Below the pieces are notes generated by a model. That model saw only the letters and a list, made by a program, of their open reading frames with translations, ran no database searches and was not told the DNA's origin. A stretch of DNA of 47,693 nucleotides from an uncultured bacterium (GTDB taxonomy: Bacteria; Chloroflexota; Dehalococcoidia; UBA2979). A program made the translations under genes and the position numbers. Below, one piece after another: positions 20,481-28,719 of the stretch (within the stretch, counting starts at the first letter, position 1; the number at the start of each line of letters is the position of its first letter). The stretch covers positions 1-47,693 of the forward strand of contig CAXGQC010000003.1 in NCBI GenBank assembly GCA_964011795.1, written 5' to 3'.

Positions 20481-21248
20481 ATGAAAGTCGACATAGAACG
20501 GACAGAATCAGCAGTCGGTGAAATCGTCACTATCACCTATGACCGTGAGGCAAAATTGAATTCGCTAACTACCGAAGCCATTCATGAATTGTCAGGTTCT
20601 TTCCGATCGATAACTGAAGATCCAAATATCAGGGCAGTCATCCTCACAGGGGCGGGAACAAAGGCTTTTGTGGGCGGGGCCGACATTACAGAATTAAGCC
20701 ATATGAATACCGATACTGCTCGGATATTCATCAGTTCCCTGCATGATCTATTTGTCACTATCAGAAATTTCCCTGTCCCAGTAATCGCTTCTATTAATGG
20801 CTACGCCCTGGGAGCGGGCCTAGAGTTAGCAGCCTCGTGTGACATCCGCATAGCCTCAGAGACTGCAGTTTTTGGCATGCCGGAAGTCCGGGTTGGCGTC
20901 CCATCGGTGATTGAAGCCGCTTTGTTACCGCGCCTAATTGGTTGGGGGAAAACTAATTATTTACTCCTCACTGGTGAGAACATTAATGCCGAGACAGCTT
21001 ATGACTGGGGATTCCTCGAACGTCTGACCAAAACAAATAAGTTAGCTTCCGAATCGATCGAGATCGCAGAATCAATCGTAGCTTCCGGCCCGCACGCAAT
21101 CCGAGCTCAAAAAGAGTTGATCCGCCAATGGGAGACACTTTCCCTCGAGGACGGCATAGAGGCCGGTATTAGTGCATTTTCAAACGCCTACGCGACGGAC
21201 GAACCGACAACGATGATGCAATCTTTCTTTGATCGAAAAGATAGGTGA
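20481..21248 (+). CDS. Enoyl-CoA hydratase/isomerase
   Basis: AFVGGADI, GYALGAGLELAASCD, FGMPEVRVG. Confidence 0.92.
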   Translation: MKVDIERTESAVGEIVTITYDREAKLNSLTTEAIHELSGSFRSITEDPNIRAVILTGAGTKAFVGGADITELSHMNTDTARIFISSLHDLFVTIRNFPVPVIASINGYALGAGLELAASCDIRIASETAVFGMPEVRVGVPSVIEAALLPRLIGWGKTNYLLLTGENINAETAYDWGFLERLTKTNKLASESIEIAESIVASGPHAIRAQKELIRQWETLSLEDGIEAGISAFSNAYATDEPTTMMQSFFDRKDR

Positions 21249-21313
21249 ATTGCACAATCAGGAAGAGTTTGATTCCTTTCAATCCCTCTGATTGCTAAGC
21301 TAGTACCAGTTAC

Positions 21314-21388
21314 GCGGGGGTAGCTCAGTGGTAGAGCGTCTGCTTCCCAAGCAGGATGTCGCGGGTTCGATCCCCGTCCCCCGCTCCA
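21314..21388 (+). tRNA. tRNA-Gly (CCC)
   Basis: GCGGGGG acceptor stem, TAGCTCAGTGGTAGAGC D arm, TCTGC-TT-CCC-AA-GCAGG anticodon arm, GGTTCGATCC T arm, encoded CCA. Confidence 0.97.
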
Positions 21389-21466
21389 TCGACCTCTAGG
21401 CGGTTAATCGAAATAGGCTGTACGCTGAATTTCTTCATATCAATACCCACGCAACCGGATTCCATA

Positions 21467-22711
21467 TTGAAAAAATCATTCGCAGCTCTTGCTGACAAAA
21501 ATTACCTTCTACTGTGGGTCAGTTCTCTGAGCTCCATGACTTCATTTTTCATGTATGTCGTTATCCAATCAATCGTAGCTTTCCAGTTAACAGGTCAAAA
21601 CAGTTCAGTTGGTCTCGTCATGATTGGGCAAGGCCTTGCTATGACTTTTCTGGGTCCCATTGGCGGCACGTACGCAGATCGACTCTCTAAGAAACGAATA
21701 AGTGTGATTACCCAGACGATCATGACGTACGTATTCCTGGCTAACGGGACCCTACTTCTGCTCGATCGGTTGGAATTGTGGCACCTCATAGTCAATTCTT
21801 TTGTGCTTGGCGTTGCATCATCCTTCATGATGCCGGCCAGACAAGGATGGGTGGTTGAGATCGTATCTGACGAACTCCGCGGAAATGCAATCGCATTGAG
21901 TCAGGTAGCCCTGAATGCCACACGTATCTGGGCTCCTGCGATTGGAGGGCTCATGATCTCATCGGCATTTTTTGGTGCAGCAGGCGCGTACTATGCGATG
22001 GCCGGATTCAACGTACTCGGCATACTGATTATGTTCGTGCTACCAAACACGACGACCGCCGGACAAAAGCGTGATGAATCTGTCCTTGCAGGAGTGAAGT
22101 CCGGAATATCCTATCTCCGCAGCGAACCTAGATTAGGTTGGATGATGGTATTTTTCTTCCTGATGATCATGGTGGGGATGTCGTCAGTCACAGCACTTCC
22201 AGGATTACTAGAGAATGAACTCAGTGCGAGTGCTGAAGAATTCGGCGTGTTACAGGCAGTAACAGCGGTTGGGGGACTGTTTGCCAGTCTCGTAGTTGCT
22301 GGGTATGCGGCCTCGAAGAGTGCCCTCAATATATATAGCGTCGGGGCGGGACTCATGGGGATCGCGATAGTCGCCACTGGCCTGAGTCCCTCATACGCAA
22401 TGGTGATTATTCCGGTGCTTCTAACTGGGGTAGGAATGGGAATGTTTCAAACGCTCAATAGTGCGATCATCGCGATCGATTGCGACCCACGCTATTTCGG
22501 TCGAGTAACGGCGCTCATCGGTATGTCTTTTGCAGCATTTATGTTGATCGGATGGCCCGTAGGATATCTCGCGGATCTTGCTGGTGAGCGAATAGCCTTC
22601 GTTGTCATGGGTGGTCTAGTCCTCGTGGGGGCCGTGGCGCTAACCGCGATCATCTCTAAAACTCCTACACCTACCCGTTTGTCAGCGCAAACTGAGACCC
22701 CGGCAGACTAG
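21467..22711 (+). CDS. MFS transporter (DHA3/EntS-like)
   Basis: About 12 TM; GGTYADRLSKK motif A; PARQG. Start moved to TTG 21467 because the track ORF begins inside the tRNA. Confidence 0.88.
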   Translation: MKKSFAALADKNYLLLWVSSLSSMTSFFMYVVIQSIVAFQLTGQNSSVGLVMIGQGLAMTFLGPIGGTYADRLSKKRISVITQTIMTYVFLANGTLLLLDRLELWHLIVNSFVLGVASSFMMPARQGWVVEIVSDELRGNAIALSQVALNATRIWAPAIGGLMISSAFFGAAGAYYAMAGFNVLGILIMFVLPNTTTAGQKRDESVLAGVKSGISYLRSEPRLGWMMVFFFLMIMVGMSSVTALPGLLENELSASAEEFGVLQAVTAVGGLFASLVVAGYAASKSALNIYSVGAGLMGIAIVATGLSPSYAMVIIPVLLTGVGMGMFQTLNSAIIAIDCDPRYFGRVTALIGMSFAAFMLIGWPVGYLADLAGERIAFVVMGGLVLVGAVALTAIISKTPTPTRLSAQTETPAD

Positions 22712-22751
22712 AGTCCTAGATTCGACACAGCAGATCATCTATTCTTAGCCT

Positions 22752-23798
22752 ATGTCGCGTTTACCCATTTCCGTCCTCGACCTCGCTATGGCTACAACAG
22801 CTGATTCGACTTCAAGTGCCCTCACTAACGCTGTACGACTGGCACAGTGTGCTGATGAATTAGGCTTCCACCGTTTTTGGGTAGCTGAACACCATAATAT
22901 GGATACCGTCGCAAGTACCAACCCAGCTGTTTTAATTGCCCATCTAGCGTCTCAGACACCCCGTATTCGTCTGGGATCCGGAGGAGTGATGTTACCGAAT
23001 CATGCTCCTCTCGTTATTGCAGAACAATTTGCCCTCCTTGAGGCTCTGCATCCCGACAGAATTGATCTCGGTATCGGCAGAGCGCCGGGTTCAGACCAAC
23101 ACACTGCAGCTGCTCTTCGCAGAACTCCTGACAATCGTGATGCTGAAAACTTCCCCATGAACTTAATCGACCTGATGGGACTATTGGGAGACGAACGAGC
23201 TGAACAAGGTGCATGGACACATCTTTCGGCAACTCCGGCAGCTACTTCCTATCCGGACATCTTCCTGCTCGGCTCATCAAACTTCAGTGCGGAGTTGTCA
23301 GGCATGCTTGGTCTTCCATTTGTGTTCGCAAATCACTTTGATACTGGCGGCACGATGCAGGCGGTCGAAATCTATAGGCGCAGCTTCAGACCGTCCGTCA
23401 TACTAGATGAGCCCTACACCATGGTCACAGCTTCAGTGATAGTTTCTGAGACTAGAGAAGAAGCTGAATGGCAATCCGGACCGGGACGCATACGAAAATA
23501 CGGAATGCGTACTGGTCGTAGAGGGCCCCTGATATCTCCTGAAGAAGCGGCAGATCACCCTGATTTACCGGCTGCGAAGGCCATGCCCAGTAATTCAATT
23601 ATTGGGACAGCAGAAGACGTATTGATTGGACTTGAGTCACTTACCAAAGCCACGGAGGCATCTGAGTTGATGATTTCCACATCCACATTCAGTATCGAAA
23701 ACAGACTCAAAACTCTCCGATTATTGACAGAGGTTTGGAGCAAAGATCCAGTGGCGACTGAAGACTCCGATCTGACTCCACAAGAGGCGCTGGCCTGA
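22752..23798 (+). CDS. Luciferase-like flavin monooxygenase (YhbW/CmoO group)
   Basis: ISVLDL, RFWVAEHHN, IRLGSGGVMLPNH, RIDLGIGRAPG, LLGSS. Confidence 0.92.
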   Translation: MSRLPISVLDLAMATTADSTSSALTNAVRLAQCADELGFHRFWVAEHHNMDTVASTNPAVLIAHLASQTPRIRLGSGGVMLPNHAPLVIAEQFALLEALHPDRIDLGIGRAPGSDQHTAAALRRTPDNRDAENFPMNLIDLMGLLGDERAEQGAWTHLSATPAATSYPDIFLLGSSNFSAELSGMLGLPFVFANHFDTGGTMQAVEIYRRSFRPSVILDEPYTMVTASVIVSETREEAEWQSGPGRIRKYGMRTGRRGPLISPEEAADHPDLPAAKAMPSNSIIGTAEDVLIGLESLTKATEASELMISTSTFSIENRLKTLRLLTEVWSKDPVATEDSDLTPQEALA

Positions 23799-23851
23799 CT
23801 TACCCAATAAATACCTGTAACATGGAAGTATCTTGAGTTAGGGAGCCTGTC

Positions 23852-24511
23852 ATGCCAAAGCAAGTTACAAATGTTGCTGCTGACGATGCTTTGACACAGA
23901 TCTACCGTCTAGCCAATGACGAAGGCGAAGAAGTCATTGCTGCTCGGCTAGCTGAGAGACTTGAACTGAAACCCGCCTCAATGGCAGGGATGCTGGCCCG
24001 ACTGAAACGAGACAAACTCGTAAAAGTTGATCCAAAAAAACGTGTCACACTTACAAGCGAAGGTTTTAGAAGAGCAGAAAACATGGTCCGCCGGCACCGG
24101 TTGGCCGAATGCCTCCTCGTGAACGTACTTGGCCTTGACTGGTGGCAGGCGTATGAGGAAGCTCACCTAATGGAGCACTCAATATCTGACGTGACCGAAC
24201 CACTTATTGTGGAGCGACTTGGAAATCCAACCACCTCACCGTTTGGTGCAGCTATCCCTGGGATTGGAGATGCCTCATCTATGTCCCAAAAGCGACTCTC
24301 CGATCAAAAGGATGGAACAGTGCATACGATTGATCGGGTGTTCGAAGAAGATGAAGAATTACTGCGATTCTTTGAGACTGAAGCATTGCAACCTGGGGCA
24401 ATAGTGACGATCACTGACCGTGCTCCCTACCGCGGAACTATCACAATCTCCGTTGCGAATAAAGAAATTGTTCTCGGGCTAGAGGCAGGCAGTAGGATTT
24501 GGGTGCAGTAA
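23852..24511 (+). CDS. DtxR/IdeR/MntR-family metal-dependent repressor with C-terminal FeoA/SH3-like domain
   Basis: wHTH, LTSEG, RRHRLAECLL, EAHLMEH, LGNPTTSPFGAAIPG. Confidence 0.92.
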   Translation: MPKQVTNVAADDALTQIYRLANDEGEEVIAARLAERLELKPASMAGMLARLKRDKLVKVDPKKRVTLTSEGFRRAENMVRRHRLAECLLVNVLGLDWWQAYEEAHLMEHSISDVTEPLIVERLGNPTTSPFGAAIPGIGDASSMSQKRLSDQKDGTVHTIDRVFEEDEELLRFFETEALQPGAIVTITDRAPYRGTITISVANKEIVLGLEAGSRIWVQ

Positions 24512-24527
24512 TTTCCCAGAGTTAAAT

Positions 24528-25613
24528 CTATACACTAACTGTCTGGGCAAATGCTCTCGGATATTCCCGAAGTCCCAGATTTAATCTTTGTCCCTCACTG
24601 ACCTCGACTCGAGAAGTCACTCTCACTTTGAATAATGACTTATCGTCCAATTGCACAGTCAGTAGACTACTGTGCCCAAAGTAGTCCTTGGAAATTACCG
24701 TCCCTGCGACGGTCGAACCCACGAGGATTTGATCCGGCTCCAGTGTTATCTGCTCTGGTCTAACAAAAAGTATTGCGGATGATGATTGATCGATTCCTAA
24801 GCGATTACTCTCAGTAGCACATTCGGATATTGGTAAATCACCAAAAATACTTGTGATTTGATCATTGCGAATCTCAGACAGAAAAGCAACTCCTTCACCA
24901 ATAAACTCAGCAGCCTCCAGTGTTTCAGGGTACATGTATATATGCTCTGGGCTGTCAATTTGCTTTATCTCACCGTCGATCATGAATGCTACTCGGTCGG
25001 CAACAAGAAGAGCCTCTTCCTGATCATGTGTCACCCAAATAACTGTAGTTTCCAACGTTCTCAGAGCTGCAATTATTTCCTGTCGAATATGCACCCTCTG
25101 TGCCGCATCGATATTAGAAAACGGCTCATCCAGTAGAAGGATTCTTGGTCGCGCTGCCAAGGCTCTGGCGATTGCCACTCGCTGTTGTTCCCCTCCCGAC
25201 AAATTTTCCACTGATCTCTCAGAAATAGATCGGATTCCAAGAAGATCTAATAGCTCAAGCCATGATTCGTCTGAATCTCTCACTCCGTATCGAACATTAT
25301 CCAAAACACTAAGATGAGGGAATAGCGCATAGTCCTGGAACACCATTCCAATACCACGTTTCTCAGGCGCAACAAGCCGGGATAATGAGTACATTTCTTC
25401 GGAAAAGATACGTAGCTCACCTGAATCTGGTTCTTCGAAGCCAGCGATTAGTCGCAAGGTCGTTGTTTTCCCGCAGCCGGAAGGGCCTACAAGCGAAATA
25501 ATTTCACCTTCACGAACTTCTAGTGTGACATCGACTGACGTCACGCTGCCATCAAATGTCTTTTTCAAAGAGTTCATCGATAAGGCTGCACCTGTAGTCA
25601 TTATCACTCTCAA
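24528..25613 (-). CDS. Fe(III) ABC transporter ATP-binding subunit (FbpC/FutC-like)
   Basis: GPSGCGKTT, VFQDYALFPH, LSGGEQQR, LLLDEPFS, VTHDQEEA, TOBE-like C-terminus. Confidence 0.9.
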   Translation of the reverse strand: MRVIMTTGAALSMNSLKKTFDGSVTSVDVTLEVREGEIISLVGPSGCGKTTTLRLIAGFEEPDSGELRIFSEEMYSLSRLVAPEKRGIGMVFQDYALFPHLSVLDNVRYGVRDSDESWLELLDLLGIRSISERSVENLSGGEQQRVAIARALAARPRILLLDEPFSNIDAAQRVHIRQEIIAALRTLETTVIWVTHDQEEALLVADRVAFMIDGEIKQIDSPEHIYMYPETLEAAEFIGEGVAFLSEIRNDQITSIFGDLPISECATESNRLGIDQSSSAILFVRPEQITLEPDQILVGSTVAGTVISKDYFGHSSLLTVQLDDKSLFKVRVTSRVEVSEGQRLNLGLREYPRAFAQTVSV

Positions 25614-25625
25614 TCTTCGCCTCGA

Positions 25626-27200
25626 TCAGGTCAATCGAAACAAATTCCGTTCTGCCAAATATAAAGCTACACCCGAAGATAGGATGAGGAGAAGGGAAGG
25701 CAACGCGGCGTCCGCGAAAAAACCTTCGTTCGCACCCATCCAGATACGAAGAGCCAGAGATTCAAATCCAATAGGACTCAAAAGTACCGTTGCTGGAAGT
25801 TCTTTTAAAGTTGTCAGAAATACCAAAGCACATGATGCTAGTAGTCCCCTCGACATCAGTGGGAGTGTTATTTGTCTGAAAGTTTGCCTTCTGTTTTTGC
25901 CCAGACTTGCTGCAGCCTCCTGTAGTGCTGGACGAATATTGATAAGCACGGGTTTTTCTGCATTCAATGCTTGCGGAAGAAACAGTAGAGCATAAGCAAT
26001 GATCAAAAGTGCCGCAGATTGGTACAAAAAATCAAACTGCAGACCAAAAGATACCAGTGCAAGCCCGACCACGATCCCAGGCAAGGCATAGCCGCTGTAT
26101 GCAAGAATCTCAATAGGTCTTGTGAGAAAAACTCCTTTATTACGGACCGTGATATGCGCGATTGGCAAGGCAAGCATAGTCGTAACAATAGCCGCCACTG
26201 CTCCAACGAGAATGTTATCGAATAATGGAGGAATGATACTGATAACCATAGAAGTGAAGTTAGCATCACCGATGAGCCATGAAAGTAGTGTCACTACAGG
26301 AGCCACGAGTGTAAAGGCGATAATAAGCAAAGAAAACACGCCAGCAGGAATCTGCCAGACTCCTAGACGCACCCTATATGCCCGCCGGCTAGATCGCAGG
26401 CCGCCTCTCGCTGCATTACCGCGGAATCGGAACATCCCGATTACTAGTACGGCCGCGAAAGCCATGAGCAGTATCGATGTTGCTGATGCAGCAACTCTAT
26501 CTAGCGCACCATCATATTCAATAAAAATCAGCATGGTAAGGGTATTAAACCTCAGTAGTGAAACAGAGCCGAAATCAGCCAAAACGTATAGTGCGACCAA
26601 TAATCCACTGGAGCCCAAAGCGTTACGGAGAAGTGGAAGGATAATATGCCTAAAGGTATACCAACCAGACCGACCGAGCAGGCGGGAATTCTCGAGTAGG
26701 CCTCTATCTATCCCCAGTAAGGCCGGTCGGATTATTAGGTAAACATATGGATAAGTAAAAAGAGTTAACACAAATACCGAACCCCAAAATCCGTAAATCA
26801 GGGGGAACTGCCCTAAGCCAAATACACTTAATAGGTCGTTCACAAATCCTACTGGCGAAAACAACGAAATCATTACAATCGCCCCGACGTAGGTGGGAAC
26901 CGCTAGCGGCAACGCAAACAACAGCCTGAAAATTGTCGGATAAGGGAAATCAGTGTACTCAGTCAGCCACGCACAAATTAGACCAACACACATCGCAAAG
27001 AACGTGGTAACCAGCACAAGCGCAAATGTTTCGAGAATGATCGTTATACTTCCCGAGGCAAGAACGATATCCCTTGCATGACTCCAGTCATCACTCACCC
27101 GGATGAACAGATATAACGGTGGTATCAGACAAAACATCGCAACCAGCAGACTCATCCCGAAAACCAGAGTCAGGGGCGAAAAAGAAGAACTGAGTCTCAT
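25626..27200 (-). CDS. Fe(III) ABC transporter permease (FbpB/FutB-like, two repeats)
   Basis: LPLAVPTYV, TYPYVYL, ADFG, GYALPGIV, EAAASLG, KELPAT. Confidence 0.92.
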   Translation of the reverse strand: MRLSSSFSPLTLVFGMSLLVAMFCLIPPLYLFIRVSDDWSHARDIVLASGSITIILETFALVLVTTFFAMCVGLICAWLTEYTDFPYPTIFRLLFALPLAVPTYVGAIVMISLFSPVGFVNDLLSVFGLGQFPLIYGFWGSVFVLTLFTYPYVYLIIRPALLGIDRGLLENSRLLGRSGWYTFRHIILPLLRNALGSSGLLVALYVLADFGSVSLLRFNTLTMLIFIEYDGALDRVAASATSILLMAFAAVLVIGMFRFRGNAARGGLRSSRRAYRVRLGVWQIPAGVFSLLIIAFTLVAPVVTLLSWLIGDANFTSMVISIIPPLFDNILVGAVAAIVTTMLALPIAHITVRNKGVFLTRPIEILAYSGYALPGIVVGLALVSFGLQFDFLYQSAALLIIAYALLFLPQALNAEKPVLINIRPALQEAAASLGKNRRQTFRQITLPLMSRGLLASCALVFLTTLKELPATVLLSPIGFESLALRIWMGANEGFFADAALPSLLLILSSGVALYLAERNLFRLT

Positions 27201-27251
27201 ACCAAATATTCTCTTCTCTGCCGGTGCATCCGAATGACTGACATCACGACC

Positions 27252-28649
27252 TCAGTCCTCCACCACATGGGTACTAAAGGTCTCAAGAGATTCTTGCCAG
27301 AATTCCTGATTAATTTTGCCGTTGTCGTCTAATGATTCCACGGCCTGCAATCCCATGTAAATGGCATGATGGAGGTTATCCGGTACAAACAATCCTTGCC
27401 TACCAAACACTAAAAGCCAATTATATTGCTCGATCCACTTAGCAAGTTTGCCCAAGTCATTTTCATATCCTTTTGGCATCACTGGGTACACCTTCGGAAG
27501 TCTTACTGTTTGAATCTCATCCGGCGATAAGGCTGGGAATCCGTTACTCGCCATTTCGGTAATTATTTGTTCTGATAGGACTTGATCTGTGGCGAGCCAT
27601 GTACTGTCACCTTCCCAGCATGGAATTTCAACACATAACACGGTGCTTTGATTCAGCAGGTGAGATTCAGAATAATTCTTCGGTTCGGAAATTCGAGATG
27701 CGATAGTGCCCTCACCCGGTAAGTAATGCGCATCGAATTCAGTGTATTGCTGGTCCCGCAAAACGAGATAGAGCAAAACCATGGCTCGATGCTGAAGCCG
27801 ATCTGATGCAGATAGCACCTCCGCTGGGACATTGACCGAAAATAACACAGCCAATTGGCTTGCCGGTATTGTTGACCAGAGATTCTGTGTCTCAAAAGTG
27901 GTCCCATCTGTCACGATTCGGCACGCACCTCCGCTAATCGGCTCAACTGCACTAACTGAATGGTCATAGAAAAATTCAACTCCTAGTCGATCTGCCTCTG
28001 CCGCAATTGAAGAGCATATTTGACCATATCCACCAGTTGGATAGAGAAAACGTTTCCAGCGGGAGTTTAGAAGCGGGATGAGACGTTGCAGGCGGGATCG
28101 GAGCGAGAGTGCACTCACTCTTTGTTCTGCCACCTCTGCTGATAAATCATCCGGCGACGTTCCCCAAAGTTTCCAGGAATAGGGTTGATAAAAATATTTG
28201 AATAAGGTCTCACCAAAGCTAGATCTGATTCTGTCTGAAAATGAATCCCCTGCCCGACTTCGACCTAGACGCATTGCTTGCTCAAGGAGTAATTTAAAGA
28301 ACACTTGGAGTGGTAAAGTGCGACACATGTCAACTAAAGACAGCGGATATCCCAGCCATCTTTCGAACAGACGAATACGTCCATGACGTTTTCTGACTTG
28401 CAGTTCGAGCTCTGGTATCGTCTCGAGAAAGTCCATAACCTCAGGACGCATCGCGTAGTGGAGCCTATGACTTCCCAAATCTACACTCTGTCCTGCTATA
28501 TTTAAGCTCTGGGACATCCCTCCGGGGAGGGAACTCTTCTCAATCACAGCCACTGAGTGTCCGGCGCGCCGGGCCTGAATGGCTGCAGAGAGTCCGGCTG
28601 GGCCGGCACCTAAGATGACTACGCTGAAGGAAAGAGGGCGTGTAGTCAC
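27252..28649 (-). CDS. FAD-dependent oxidoreductase (HemY/UDP-galactopyranose mutase-like superfamily)
   Basis: GAGPAGL Rossmann, PGGM, DLGSHRLH, KLWG, FLYPTGGYGQI, YPV, GRQGLF...NLHHAIYMG. Confidence 0.8.
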   Translation of the reverse strand: MTTRPLSFSVVILGAGPAGLSAAIQARRAGHSVAVIEKSSLPGGMSQSLNIAGQSVDLGSHRLHYAMRPEVMDFLETIPELELQVRKRHGRIRLFERWLGYPLSLVDMCRTLPLQVFFKLLLEQAMRLGRSRAGDSFSDRIRSSFGETLFKYFYQPYSWKLWGTSPDDLSAEVAEQRVSALSLRSRLQRLIPLLNSRWKRFLYPTGGYGQICSSIAAEADRLGVEFFYDHSVSAVEPISGGACRIVTDGTTFETQNLWSTIPASQLAVLFSVNVPAEVLSASDRLQHRAMVLLYLVLRDQQYTEFDAHYLPGEGTIASRISEPKNYSESHLLNQSTVLCVEIPCWEGDSTWLATDQVLSEQIITEMASNGFPALSPDEIQTVRLPKVYPVMPKGYENDLGKLAKWIEQYNWLLVFGRQGLFVPDNLHHAIYMGLQAVESLDDNGKINQEFWQESLETFSTHVVED

Positions 28650-28683
28650 CGATGCACCGACCTAACCGGACTCCTGTCTCGGG

Positions 28684-28698
28684 GAGGAAATCTTCCTC
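28684..28698 (-). other. Short intergenic hairpin after the FEA1-like gene (possible mRNA stabiliser or pause site)
   Basis: GAGGAA-atc-TTCCTC; no U-tract. Confidence 0.3.
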
Positions 28699-28719
28699 AC
28701 CACGACTATTCACTAAGGA

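Noticed and set aside
21356-21466. N-terminal extension of the MFS ORF
   Set aside because: It starts inside tRNA-Gly; the TTG at 21467 is more plausible.
22745-22752. TTAGCCTA half-site at the LLM start (also near 1066)
   Set aside because: Only a half-site with no palindromic partner; better explained as the -10/ATG spacer or chance.
26122-26742. 206-aa plus-strand ORF (also 25525-25995 and 44486-45049)
   Set aside because: Antisense to well-supported permease, ATPase and selB genes.
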